Origin: Eledone cirrhosa
Lineage: Eukaryota
Length of the DNA: 64,000 bases
Direction of reading: 5' to 3'
NCBI GenBank assembly: GCA_964016885.1
Contig: OZ024743.1
Coordinates: 145,762,001 to 145,826,000, forward strand
Part shown: positions 48,425 through 61,924 of the stretch, one piece after another
Numbering within the stretch: the stretch's first letter is position 1
Layout: the number at the start of each line of letters is the position of its first letter
Program-made: the position numbers and the translations under genes
Notes under the pieces: generated by a model
Databases searched by the model: none
Told to the model about the DNA's origin: nothing
What the model saw: only the letters and a program-made list of their open reading frames with translations

Positions 48425-49212
48425 ACGTGCATGAATGACAAAGCATCAGTGAACTGAAAGAGAAACTAGGCATAAGAGAAGTCAGATGCCATGTACAGGA
48501 GAGGATATTGCAGTAGTTTGGTTCAAGGCACTCAAAGTCGATGGTAACTATGGAAGAGGAAGACTGACCTAGGAAACCTGACCTTGCCCAATTAAACGTC
48601 ACAAAGAAAATGACACAAGATAGAGATCTCTGGCATCATGCAGAAGACTCACCTTCCCATGTGCACAAAATGAAATGAAACAAACATGTAGAGGACACAC
48701 TAGTCTGCAACCCTCAATCTTAATACCCCACTCTCACCTATTAAATATCCCACACACATAGTTGATGTCAAACTTGCTTACCTGTCCCCTCCCCTCCAAA
48801 CTCTTACCCAACACACCTTCCCTGCCCAACCCACACATAGAAGCATGAAAGCTGGACATGCTCTACATCTAATCTTTCACAATGCTGTGGCCATGACAAA
48901 AAGCTCAAAGTCCACCCTTATGCTGATCTGGTGCCACAACATCAAAAGCATCCAGTCCACACATTAAGGTGGTCATACTGGTAACATGATAAAAAGCACC
49001 CAGTTCACCTTGTAAGGTGGTCGTTTCAGTGCCACAATAAAAAGCACCCAGTACACACTGAAATGTGGTTAGTGTTAGAAGGGGCATCTGGCTGTAGAAA
49101 CCAAACCAAAATACAAATCCATATTGAGCATGACACAGACTTCAGACCCGACTTCTCAACCCATCTAAGCCATGCAAGCATGAAAAATGGACATTAATCA
49201 ATGATGATGATG
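48425..49212 (+). mobile_element. Decayed 3' end of GAT-tailed RTE
   Basis: ELKEKLGIREVRCHVQERIL; ends AATGATGATGATG. Confidence 0.6.
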
Positions 49213-49231
49213 TTGATTATATATATATATA

Positions 49232-49558
49232 TAAATGAAAACATTACAAAGGAGAATATATACTGTTAGAACATGTTTATATAAAAGCACCTACGTTCGT
49301 TTCGCCCGAAAAGGGCTTCTCAAGGGCATACAAATCTAGAGAGTGTTCGGTATGGGACTGTGGCAATAACAGCATGCCTGTTTGAACTAAGAATGAACTT
49401 TGATGTGATTATCACCTTAAAACCCCTCCTGGGTCTCGTACCGAACACTCTCTAGATTCGTATGCCCTTGAGAAGCCCTTTTCGGGCGAAACGTATGTAG
49501 GTGCTTTTGTATAAATATGTTTTAACAGTATATATTCTCCTTTGTAATCCTTTCATTT
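49232..49558. mobile_element. Inverted repeat (~120-bp arms), each arm with a U3-A8 variant hammerhead
   Basis: 49232-49352 vs 49439-49558; TTGAGAA-GCCC..GGGC-GAAAC....GTA. Confidence 0.7.
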
Positions 49559-49753
49559 GTAACCACTCTGCTTATATTCACGCCCGCTAAATATTAATGC
49601 TTCCGATATTTAACCCTGTAGACACAAGTATTGAGCACAAATGCACCAGCTTTTGGCAACTAACTATATGTATCGCTTATCCCTTTAAACCTCTACTCTC
49701 TCACGATACTAAAATGTTCTATATATATATATATCATTATTATCATTGTTTTA

Positions 49754-49943
49754 CGGTGGATTGGCAGTATCGGTAGAGGGTCGGACGCCATGCTTTGACG
49801 CATAGAGTTACGGCCCTTGCCATTCTGAGTTCAAATCTCGTCATGGTTGACTTTGCCTTTCATCCTTACGGGGTCGATAAAATAAAGTACCAGTAATACA
49901 CTGGGTAATTGCTGGCCTTGTGCCTAACGTAGAAACAATTATT
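49754..49943 (+). mobile_element. Nin-domain SINE
   Basis: Homologous to 33398-33588; flanked by a possible direct repeat ATTATTATCATTGTTTTAC. Confidence 0.8.
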
Positions 49944-49944
49944 A

Positions 49945-51760
49945 TCATTGTTTTACATCCATTTTCCATGCTTGCATGGGTAGGACGGGTCTTTTGCCAC
50001 ACAGCATCCCTCCACTTGTTGCGGTCTTTTATTAACTCTTCTGGGAGCTACAGCGATTTGCGTTCACTTCTCGCAACCTCAGCCTAGGTTTTCTTTGGTC
50101 TCCTACTACAGCTTACTACCACTGAGATTCCTTAGCACTTCTTCACCCAGCAATCATCAGCTATATGCATTACATAGACATACCAATGCAGTCTTCTCTT
50201 GCACACAGCTCATCCACGCTTTGTCATTCTTGCACATTAACATTGTGCATCCATCAGAGCATGCTTGTTTCATTTCTCTCTAGCATATTCTCTACATTCC
50301 TGTCTTACTGCCATGCAATATTGCACTTTATACACAGACATCATATAACCAGCCTTTCCTTCATAGAGAGAAACCTTTTTTTTTTATCAACAGAGGTAAT
50401 AGCTCCTTGAACCTTTTCCATCCAGTTCTTGTTCTAGCTACTATGTTTTCAGTGCAACCTCCTCCAATGCTAATTAGATCACCTAGGTAGCAGAAGCTAT
50501 CAACTACTTCTATGAATTATTCAAATAAAGCTCTTCTTTCATGACATATGTGTATTTTACTAAATTCATGCAAATGTCCTCAAAGATTTGAACAACTTTG
50601 TATCAAGCAAGGCCACTTCCCCAATGGGATCAGGGTCCTGCCTTCCTTTCTCCTTACCAAAACTTTCATTTTCCCATATTTACTTTCAGTTCTGTTTCCA
50701 AAGCCGGAATTTCTTCTTTAGTTCATCTACAGATTTAACTATAAGAACTATTGTTAGCATACAGAAGTTCCCAAAGACAGCTACTTTTAAATTCCTCTTA
50801 TAGCATGGAGAACTATAATGGTTTCTTATATAGGCACAAGGCCAGCAATTTTGGAGGAGGGGAAAATCGATTAAATCGACCCCAGTGCGAGATTGGTACT
50901 TTATTTTATAGACCCTGTAACGATGAAAGGCAAAATCAAATCCCACCGAGGTTAACTTTGCCTTTCATCCTTACGGGGTCTATAAAATAAAGTACCAGTC
51001 TCGCACTGGGGTCGATTTAATCGATTTTTCCCCTCCCCCAAAATTGCTGGCCTTGTGCCTATATAAGAAACCATTATAGTTCTCCATGCTATAAGAGGAA
51101 TTTAAAAGTAGCTGTCTTTGGGAACTTCTGTATGCTAACAATAGTTCTTATAGTTAAATCTGTAGATGAACTAAAGAAGAAATTCCGGCTTTGGAAACAG
51201 AACTGAAAGTAAACATGGGAAAATGAAAGTTTTGGTAAGGAGAAAGGAAGGCAGGACCCTGATCCCATTGGGGAAGTGGCCTTGCTTGATACAAAGTTGT
51301 TCAAATCTTTGAGGACATTTGCATGAATTTAGTAAAATACACATATGTCATGAGAGAACTGTAATGAATAGAAATAAGCTGATGACTGAGCCTTGATTAA
51401 CACCTACCTGCACACTGAATTCTTCACTAAATGCATTACCTACTATCACCTTACTAACAGCTCTTCTGTACATGACTTGCACTGCTCTTACAAGCCATTC
51501 TTGAACCCCTAGTTTCTTTAGGGACCACCAGATGACAGATCATGGTACTCTGTCACAGGTCTTCTCTAGATCAATAAAAAGCTAGTAGTTGTCTCTTGTA
51601 GTTGTCTTACTAAGAATAGAGCATATATGGTACTAAAACACTTTCTAATTACGTAGTTGCTCCAAAACTCTTTCTGTCATTTTCATAACTTTGGCCATCA
51701 ATTTTATACCCCTCTTGTTGCTCCCTTCTAGAGCATGATCTTTTCCCCTTTTTTCAATAT
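49945..51760 (-). mobile_element. Decayed RTE interrupted by a SINE and an inverted duplication
   Basis: GVNQGSVIS, WELLYAN, KKFRLWKQ, FCYLGD remnants. Confidence 0.7.
50539..51353. repeat. ~400-bp near-perfect fold-back inverted duplication
   Basis: Mirror ORFs 50588-50803(+) and 51089-51304(-) differ by one residue. Confidence 0.95.
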
Positions 51761-51849
51761 ATATCATCATCAAAGGTGTAAATGAGACGGCCCACAAACC
51801 TGGTAACCCTTCAACTAACTCTAATCAAACACTTCCTCCTACCTCACTC

Positions 51850-53793
51850 CCTTGACCTTCCATCTTCTCATTTCCATCCATAGGAATAATTTTTTTGCTC
51901 TCACAAAGCAGTTCTCTCCAGATGCTATTTATTTTTATGACATATTTGTTGTGAATAACTGTTGATCACTGCTACTGTTGGATTTACCGACAGTTCAAGA
52001 TATCTGGAAAGAAGCCATCAAGTGGAAGTGAAAACAGTAGTACAAAAAGGAACCATAAAAGGATTACACTTGTATCAAATTTGATGTTATAAAAAGGCTT
52101 GAAGCAAGGGAAAAAATTACCTGCATTGCCAAAACATTAAAGCTTACAACATCTAGTGGGAACATTACATGACAATAGAGAGATAATTATGTCAAGTGCT
52201 CAAAAGGCTACCCTATTGACTGTATTTTTTCATACATCTAATATGATGCTTAAAATGGAAGAGCTCTATATAGAATGATGATCAGGCTTGACATAATGTA
52301 CCGATAAGCATAATGGTCATTTTTTTAAAAAGCCAAAAGTTTGTATGATAATTTACAGAAAAAGTTCAAATGAAAAATCTTTTCTAGCTAGTAATGGCTG
52401 GTTTCAAAGGATTAAGAAATTCCAGTGCTGATACTGAAGCTGCTACAATTATCCTGAGCAGGTGAAGAAAATTACTGAAGGGGGCTTACACACCAGAAAA
52501 TATACAACGTTGATGAAACTTCACTTTTCTAAAAGTTACATACCTGCTAGAACTTTTATTTCTTGAGAAACAAATCAACACCAGGATTTAAAGCTTCCAA
52601 AAATTGCCCGCCTCTTCAAGGAGGAAATGTCACAGGTGATATGAGATTAAATCCCTTACTTATGTATCACTTCAAAAATTGAAGCACTTTCAAGGGTTAT
52701 GCAAAGTTTAATCTTCTTCTGATTTGGCATTCAAATAAGGAGGTATAGATGACTAAGAGGTTTTTTGAAGAGTGATTTACAAACATATTTTATCCTACTG
52801 TAGAAAGGTACAGTGCCAGACATATTTCCAACAAAAAATTGCTCATTTTAATGAGCTTTCTAACAATGTGAGAGTAGAATATATTCCCAATACAACTTCT
52901 TTGCTACATCCAATGGAACAAGATGTGATATCTAATTTTAAGGAATATTGTATGAGAAGAACTTTGAAACAACTTATAAAAGCAAGTGATGGGATGGATA
53001 AACCTACAGTTAGAGACTTCTGAAAAGAGTTCAACATTATGGATGTTATGGATAACATAGCTGAGTCTTGGGTAAAGTGAAATCCTTAACTTTGAATGGT
53101 GCTTGGAAAAGTATATGGGCAAACTGAATCTTTAACTTTACAAATTTTCCACAAACAGAAAGTCTACATTAAATACAGAAAGATATTGTGACACTTGCAA
53201 ATGATATAGAAGTCATAGAGGAAGATGTGGTTGAATTGTTAATGTTCCATAAAGAACTGATGCTGTTAGAACAAGAGCAAACTGAGAATACAGAATATGG
53301 CTAAAAAGTTGGCATTTATAGGGGAGAGTCTGCAAGTTTTTTGCTGATAATGAATATAACATAAAAATTACAAAAAGAGTTTACAATGAGCTCAGTTCCT
53401 GCACTGAGCTATACAAAGAGATGATGCACTATATACAACGAACAACTTTTGATAAGTTCTTTACCTCTCAAGCAGATGTTGATGGTGATACACTATAAGA
53501 TAGAAAATAGTGTCCCTCATTCTCCCATCACACAGTTTTCAACATCATTTGTGTTAAAAACGTATCCTTTTCAAATGTTTTTATGTGTACATATTGTACT
53601 GTGTAATGTTTAGAAATTGGTTGTCATGCATAAAAGTGGTTGTATCGCTTGATTATTGTTGTTGTGCTGTGTTTTGTTTTTGTTTTTCAAAGTGCATGAA
53701 AATCAATAGGAAAATTAGTGTCACGTTATGGGATTTCACATTATGAAACATTTTCAGGAACATATTACTTCTGTTACTTGAGGGATTCCAGTA
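51850..53793 (+). mobile_element. Decayed pogo/Tigger DNA transposon
   Basis: FLASNGWF, IYNVDETSLF, IPNTTSLLHPMEQDVISNFK remnants; Tigger-like end GAGGGATTCCAGTA. Confidence 0.75.
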
Positions 53794-54569
53794 GTTTGAC
53801 CTGTCATTTCAGTTCATTAAAAATCACACATTAACATATATTCTAATCAACTCCAAAACTAGAGCTGAATAAAGGATTAAAAGTATTAATTACTTCTTTA
53901 ACTGATGCATGCTTTAAAGGGTAAAACAATTTTATAAATGAATTGATAACCAGAGTAATGTGTGTTCATGCTTGATTTTGATTTGTTTTGGGTTATTTTT
54001 ACTATTTTCTCAACAGATGGTTGTGAAGATGTGTATGTTAGGTCTCTGTTGGTTCCAACAATGAGTGCACCAGTTGTTTGATGATTGAAACAGCCTGCAC
54101 ATGAAATTAATATGCAAGTAGCTTGTCATTCTACAGGCATATAATGTAATTCTTTAAGATATTCAACATGACACAGTGTGTGACAAGGCTGGTCCTTTGA
54201 AATACAAATACAACTCAATTTTGCCAGCTATGTGGACTGGAGCAACATCTTGCTCAAGGACACAATGACTTTACAATTGTGAATCAACCACTAAGCCATG
54301 CACTTTCACTATCAAATGAACATTAAACAACAGATTAGTTTTCAAAGGCAAAAGGGTGATATCACTAAAATATAACATCAACAAAAACAAAATATACACA
54401 AGAATAAAGCTTTGTACAGCTGAAATTTATTAGTTTTCAAATCATGGTTTATCAAACAAAAGAAATGCTTGATTGAAATTGTTTTGGTCTTGTAATAACA
54501 ATGATATATATTTAATCATTTTGTTTTGCATTGTAAAATATATACATACAGGTTAATAGTTTATATATA

Positions 54570-55050
54570 CAGTTATACTTTGGGTGGATCATGTTGCTAA
54601 TTAAAATACATACATTGAGTTTCACTTCAGTTTTTATTATTAATCAGGTAATTAATCTATCTATCAATTAGTTAATCAACCAATCAGCTATTTGTTTAAT
54701 TGTCAAAGTTCTTTCAACACTCAGTTTGTGACCTTATCAATGACATTTTACCTTCTGTGTTTCTGTCATGACTTGACTTCCACCTTACTCCTTTTTTCTC
54801 TTTATCTTTATTTGCAGTGTATACACACTGCTGACAGAATGACAAAGAGAAAAAATGAAGGTGGCAGTCAAGACAGTATAGAAAGGAAACACAGAAGGCA
54901 ATAAGTCATTGGTAAGGTCACAGTCTGTGTAATGAAAGAGCTTTGACAATTAGTTAAATAATCAATTAGTTAATGAACCAACTGATTAATAATAAAAACT
55001 GAAGTGAAACTCAACCAGTGCATATGTCTTAATTAGCAGCATAACCCTTA
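54570..55050. repeat. Diverged inverted repeat with decayed hammerhead-like arms
   Basis: TTGAGTTTCACTTCAGTTTTTATTATTAATCAG mirrored by CTGATTAATAATAAAAACTGAAGTGAAACTCAA. Confidence 0.7.
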
Positions 55051-55169
55051 CAAAATATATCTGTTTCAACACATGATTTCATATCAAGAATCTTGCAAAA
55101 TAAATACAAAAATGATGTATGTATATATATATACATACACACACAACTTTTACAAACACTTTAAATCTT

Positions 55170-56370
55170 TCTCCATCCTTAATGACCACCAAACCACCAA
55201 CATGGCTGTCATAAAGCCAAATCTCTGGAGACCTACCTATCTATGACACTCACCAACAGTCAGTCACTGGTGAGCGCTCATTCACAAGAAATTTTGTGAA
55301 AGCAGTTTTGTTGCCCTCAACACAAGCAAAGTTTTTGACAATGACTGGCATCTGAATCTCCTGTCAAAACTGCCCACCTAAAAACCCCATCCAACTTTTG
55401 AATCTTGGATCAGTGGCTTCTTGTCAGATTGCATAAGGACATGTACTAATAAAGCTCTGTCTGACCCACACTTTATCAACTCTGGTGTTCAGTTTTGTCC
55501 CTCTACTCTTGACATACATCAATTACCTACTTAGTGTCACCTCCAATAATGCCCACTCCTACACACAACATAACATTTCGTTCCCATCCTTCTGCACCCA
55601 AGCATCATTCATATGCAATCTGGACACCCCATACCAATTTTGCATTGAATTCATGAGTTGTGACCTAATTGTATCATACCAATTTTGCTCCCTTTAACAG
55701 CAAAAAAAAACCCACAATCATCACACATAAAGAACCATTATCAAATCTCCCTCCCCTTAAACTTGAACAACATGCAACTGAAACCCTCTTTGTCACTGAA
55801 AAAAGCACATCAACATAACGACTGCATGTCAAAAACTAGTCTTCCTCATCAGAGCAAAAAATAATACTTTAGCCCCCAACAATTACTAACCCACTACAAA
55901 GCTCAAGTGAGACCTACAATGGAGTATTGATCTCATTTTAGATGGCATCGCTGTTACACACACACATATCCTAGATAACACCCAAAAAAAGTTTACTTAA
56001 CTGATTGGTATAAAGTTACTCACAAGCTCTCTTCAAACTCTGGCCCATAGATATTCAGACTTTAGAACAGTGGGCACTGCTTCTCAGAGATGACTGATCT
56101 CCTGTTACTTCCATGCAGGCACTTCTGACTCCCTACACTTCTCATCACCTATATTGTGTTCACCACCAACATCCCAGGGCCAGCACTAACAACTATGCTC
56201 AGTCCTTCCTATCCAGAATGTTGGCCTCCTGGAATTCTCTCCCTGCACATGCTTTTCTTGCAGCTTTAAACTTGCAACAATTTAAGCAGAATGTTAAAGG
56301 CAAAAATATCCATGGTCTTGGAGGATCCACAAAGGCCATAGGCACAACCACTTCCTCCAAACCAATAAAC
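55170..56370 (+). mobile_element. Highly decayed CR1-group LINE 3' part
   Basis: YKAQVRPTMEY, SFLSRMLASWNSLP...NLQQFKQNV. Confidence 0.6.
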
Positions 56371-56381
56371 ACACACATACA

Positions 56382-56442
<61 letters not shown>

Positions 56443-59074
56443 TACACATATAGTGCAACATGAAAACCATAAATCACTACACATTATCATAAATACATTT
56501 AAAAGAAAAGTGTTTAGTTTTACCACAAGAATGAGCAACCATTCTGACCCCTAAGTGTGCCGATTTTAAGTTTCCTTGTAATCATAAGGGTCTTACAATA
56601 TAAGATTTTCATTTGTCTTCATTTGGACAATACAATTTCATATATATTATACATCTCAATAATGTGTAGAATTTATTCAAGCATAGTTTGCATATGAACA
56701 ACAATGAACAATGAAGGAAATTCCCAACAAATTAAGGAAATGTGGACATACAATAAATATGGCTTTTCTGTACAAACATCATTGGAAGAGTGTTTGTGAA
56801 GCATTAGGTATTTAAAGCGAGAAAGTAGACCTCTTCACAAAAAAGGCTTTCAATATTTAGCTATATATCTTATTTTTAGGATCTGAAAAAATACATTTTT
56901 GAATATCTAAATGGTATTTAATTATTGTATTCAAATGTTTTTCTTTGTTTGAAATTATTCCAAAAGCATAAGTGTTTCTTTAATAAAATTGATTTCTTGC
57001 TCAGCCCATTTTATAGGGGGCTAAAAGTTAAATCTTTCTTCAGTCTAGAAGCTCATCAGGCTGTAGGGATGAAGCTTATCCTAGTTTCATGAGGCTTTAA
57101 GCAACTTAGAGTACAAGATGAGATGCCAGTCCATTACAAGGTTAGGCTCCAGTTAATGCTGCTGATGGTGTTCATTTTCAGTGGACTTAAACAACATGAA
57201 ATGAACGGTCTTGCTCAACGACACAATGAGTCGATCTGGTTCAGAGATTGAACCTGCAACTTTATGATTGTGAGACCAACACTTTAACCACTAGGGAGTA
57301 GAGTTGATTGACTCAATCTCAGTACATAACTGACACTTATTTTGGTGATGTCAAAATATATATAGAAGACAAAGTTGTTTGAGGTGAGATAAATTCCTCA
57401 TTGTGGGACATGTTAAGCATATTTTTTTTAGACGATGAGAAAGATTTGGCTGCTACATTAAATAAATCAATTTATTACTAAAACCTCCCTTAGCAACATT
57501 CCTATTTTTCAACCATTTCTTGGGTTATAGATATAAACATTACACAAATAATAACTAGTTATTTCTTATATAATGAATTACACCTTGACTAATTAAATAG
57601 TGATGAAGGTTTCTCAAATTGTTCAATAATACTTCTTAACATTCAAATATTTTCATTGAAAATTACCAAGAATGTTTAAAAGATAAATCTGACAAGGATA
57701 TTTACAATGAATGTTTCCCATGCTAGATGATTGTTTGTTAAGGTCTACAAGACACATTGTTCAATTTTTTTTTTATCTCCTTTACAATATTACAATATCA
57801 ATATGAAATATTTTAGAAATATGCCACATTCCTTATGTTATAATAACTTTCAATTCTTATTTGAACCTTGTTTGAATGGATTTGTCAGTTGTATACCATC
57901 AGCACTTCAATTTAATTTCACTTCAATATCTAGGCTTTCATATGCAGAACAGCATAATGAATCTTAATTTTAATTTATATTTACAAGTAATTTAAGATAT
58001 CTGAAGGATAATGAATTTGATATACCACAAACATATAGAATATATAGATTTATATCAATTTTTCTTTCATAGTTCTGAACATACTGAGCCCAGATAAATG
58101 AAAATGAAATCTGAAAGCAGCTACTATTTTATGCAATGACTTATTTATAAATTAATACAACTGGAGTTTTTTCTAGAATCATTCAAATAAAAACAAAATC
58201 CACCATGAAATTACTATCTGACCCTTAAGTTACAGATTAAATAAGTCTTTACAAAAACAGAGAATATCTGCTTAAAGTATTGTTAGCTATAAGATGAAAG
58301 GAAAATTCTTTATTTCACTTCATTTTCTGTAATTGGGTAACATCACTTGTTAATTTTTCACAAGTGAATATAAAAAGGTGGGCTTTTGATAAAAAGTTGC
58401 TGCCTTCATGCAGTACAATTTTATGATGTGCATAAAAAAAAAAAATATGCATTCATCAAAAAAATTGTGCTGATCTAACATAAGCCAATGTTGGTTGTTT
58501 ATCTTCTTTTATCTCTGCAACGTTTGTTTGGGTTAGTTTGCATCAGAAAGAACAATATTTAGAAAGAGCAATATTTCAATAAATGTAAGATAATTTTTTA
58601 AAAAATCAATGATCACATTAGCTAAAAGCTACCAAAAAGAAAACATTAAATAATGAATAAGAAAAATATATTATTTCTTTAGCAAATACTTAAGGACAAT
58701 AGTAATGCATATTTTGTATATTCCTTCATAAATTCTTCTCATTGTATTGAAGTGCATTTTTATGATAAAAATGCCACTAGCAGAGAGATATAGAAAATGA
58801 TGCCAAAAATCCTACATATATATATATAAAATACTAATTAATTTTCCCCACTATTAAACAGCTGTTTATTTACTAATCTATTTTATTCACATGTTCTTCT
58901 GAAATAAATAATAGAATGTAGATCACTTGAGCTAGTCAGGCTCATGCAAATTGTTAAATCAGTAAATCTATTTTTGTCTTCATTGAAACTTCTTAACTAA
59001 CATAAGCAAAATATAATAAATGTGAATAATAATCTCTTCAGTGTTTTGGTTATTACATGCAATATATATTATAG

Positions 59075-59406
59075 TATATAAGTAACATGCACGAGGAGAT
59101 CCTGCGGAGAGCCGAGTCGTGGACGCTACAGAGAGTGGTCTCGGAGCATCGGTGCCGTCTGGCTGGCCATATGCGTCTGCCAAATGAACAGCATTCAAAA
59201 ACAGCGATGAACTGAAGTCCGCCTGGCAGTAAACGGAGGCGGAGTTGCCCAAGGATCACCTGGCGACAAATGTTCCGGGAGGACCTGATGGCAGCCAACA
59301 TCACCTGGGCACGGTCTCGAAAAAGTTGCCACTGATCGTGACCGTTGGTGAGTACTTACTGCTAGATGTACTGAACGGCACGGAAGAATCTAAGACTAAG
59401 ACTAAA
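59075..59406 (+). mobile_element. RTE-like 3' fragment with (TAAGAC)n tail
   Basis: EEILRRA...RLAGHMRLP...PRITWRQMFREDL...DRDRW; CTAAGACTAAGACTAA. Confidence 0.7.
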
Positions 59407-60871
59407 TATCAGGAAAAAATGTGGAGAAGGAGTATTTTCAATTTAGTATAAATTAGAAACTAAAAATAAAATCATTCTAGGCTACAATTATAACAGTTAA
59501 TTTGGAAAGTATAGAGTAATTAAAACTAGAACAAAGTTGAATTAAAAGCATTTTGCAAGAGAGTGCTCTAAAACTTAGAAGAATATATGAAAAAATATGA
59601 ACAAAATATTGCAATAGTTAATGGCAAACAATTTTATTGAAGTTGTCACTAATTGAGTAATGCAAAAATATCTCACTGGTTATTTTTTTTTAATAGCTAG
59701 GAATATTAGTTTTGCTTTTTGGCTTCAATATAGTTTTGAAAACGTTCTCTTGATTTGGAGAAAGAAAAAAAAATCAGTGAACCTCAACACTTTCAATCAA
59801 TAAATGAACTATACAACAAATGACTAAAGAGATATTTTAAATATATTACTTAATATTTGCAAATGTATTTGTTCTGATAAAGATCTTAAATTAATTTGAA
59901 AGCTGGTCTCACGTCTTTTTTTTTTATCAAAGATCAAAACTAAATCATTATATTAAATTTTAATAGTTTCAATCTTATTTAAAATAATATAATTTACAAG
60001 TTAAAAATATAATTAGTTTACATCAAATGACTATGATACTTTACACTATGCCTTAACAATTTATTCTAACTATTGGTTTAAATTTTATACCAGGAAAAAT
60101 ATATTGATAGAAGACATATACAGGTTTCTTTGAGTTGAAAAATTCCCAGCATAGTTTTTAAGTCTATGTGGGGGAATGACATTCCGGTGTTATCACAGTA
60201 TTTCAATGTTTATGTTACAAAAGACAGGAATTATTATTGGAAGATTGGAGAAACTGAAAACAAATAGTTACAATAAAAAGATTCAGAAAAAGAAAAATAT
60301 ACAGAATTCTAACTATTAAAACTACATTTTGCCAATTTTTATCAAGTCAACTTCTTGACAAGAGAAATTATTCTGTGTAATACTGTTGTACATTTTAATT
60401 TATGCCATGCTTCATTCAATTAGATTATTTACAACATTCAATTTTGTGTCATGTTTTAATTTTAAAGCTCCAGACTTTGAAGGAAGGTGTTGCTTTCAAA
60501 AATATTAGCATTGTAAGTGAAAGCAGTTTGAAGTATGGTTCAAAAACCAGGTCACAGACTTAATACACTGAAAGTTTCTGCCATACCACATTATCCACTG
60601 TAACTTTGTGAAATTATAAATGAAAAATATTAATTTCTGTTGTAATGAAAATATTCACAATGTCATCAAAATCAAACAAATGATGTACCAAAAGAATAAT
60701 CAGATATAATAACAACAGCAATTATATGTTAAGAATTAATTAGTCAATCATAAGTAGGCAGCAAGACAATGTCTGAATGCAATCACTAGACATTTCAATA
60801 TCTAGTGATGGGAGAGCAATGATGAGAAATATTTACTGTAATGAACTTGATGAGAAGACAAATGGTGTTTA

Positions 60872-61034
60872 TCATACTTGGGCAGCAAATTCTTCATAAG
60901 GCACATCAAGTCTTTCAAGAGCATCATCTAATGAGTTAGGTAAATGATCCAATAACATCCTTGAACTGACACGTATTTCAGTATATTCATTTGGTCTTGT
61001 CCATTCTATGTTGTAAACTGGCTTCTTGAAGAAA
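60872..61034 (-). CDS. Candidate terminal coding exon of an unidentified host gene
   Basis: After a T-tract and AAG acceptor: FFKKPVYNIEWTRPNEYTEIRVSSRMLLDHLPNSLDDALERLDVPYEEFAAQV*; followed on minus strand by long TE-poor AT-rich sequence. Confidence 0.45.
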
Positions 61035-61565
61035 CTTTTCCATTAAAAAAATAATAATAATGAAATTCATTAAATATGCACAAGTATGTAAAATTAATGG
61101 TACGTTTCAATATTAATATTTAACACATTTCATGATTTAATAAACCTTTTGGGCTACATAACAACTCAAAATTGATATTTTACCATCATATCTTAATGGG
61201 TGATTTTATATCTTATATCATGTATATCATCATAATCACTGTTTTATGTCCATTTTTCCACGCTAGCATAGGTTAGGCGAGTTGTCCTGTTGTGGGCAAT
61301 TCTAAGTCAGGTGACCATGTCTTGCTCATACAGAACTGATTTTGGCTTGGTTTCTGCAGCTGGATGCCCTTCCTGACACCAACCTCATTTACAGTGAGTA
61401 CCGGGTGCTTTTTTCATGTTGCCTACATGACCACTTTACAGTGTGGACTGGGTGCCTTTTGTTGTGACACCTACATGACCACTTTGCAGTGGGGTGGAGG
61501 GGCATACTGTGTATATGCTTCAGCTTCGGCCTGTGCCCATGGGAAGTTGGGTCTTCTGTATTACT

Positions 61566-61880
61566 AAAAATCATACGCAGAGATTTTGATCTCAATGCAC
61601 CTGTACGTTCTTGTACTAATGTGTCATAACATGTTCTAACATGAACCTTTAAATGCATATTGCAATGCGGCACTGCCTGTTGGAAGTCAGCACCCACTCA
61701 AGCAAACATGACATCCATCAAAACATCAAATTCCTGGTGAAGGTAGGGTGGACGAGCAGCCAAATCATTGATGCTCTGGAGCAAGTTTATGAGGATAATT
61801 CCTCAAAGAAATCAACAACCTACAAATAGATAAGTCATTTTAGAAGTGGAAGAGATGAGGTTGAAGATGATCCCCAATTG
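61566..61880 (+). mobile_element. Mariner (irritans/Hsmar2-like) transposon 5' fragment
   Basis: NIKFLVKVGWTSSQIIDALEQVYEDNSSKKSTTYK*ISHFRSGRDEVEDD. Confidence 0.7.
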
Positions 61881-61924
61881 AAGATTGGCCCTCAGTTTTA
61901 CACAAATGGATTTAAAGGCTGGTA

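Noticed and set aside
58980-59451. GC-richer island with minus-strand ORFs that looked like a host exon
   Set aside because: Plus strand translates as an RTE C-terminus with stops and a tandem tail
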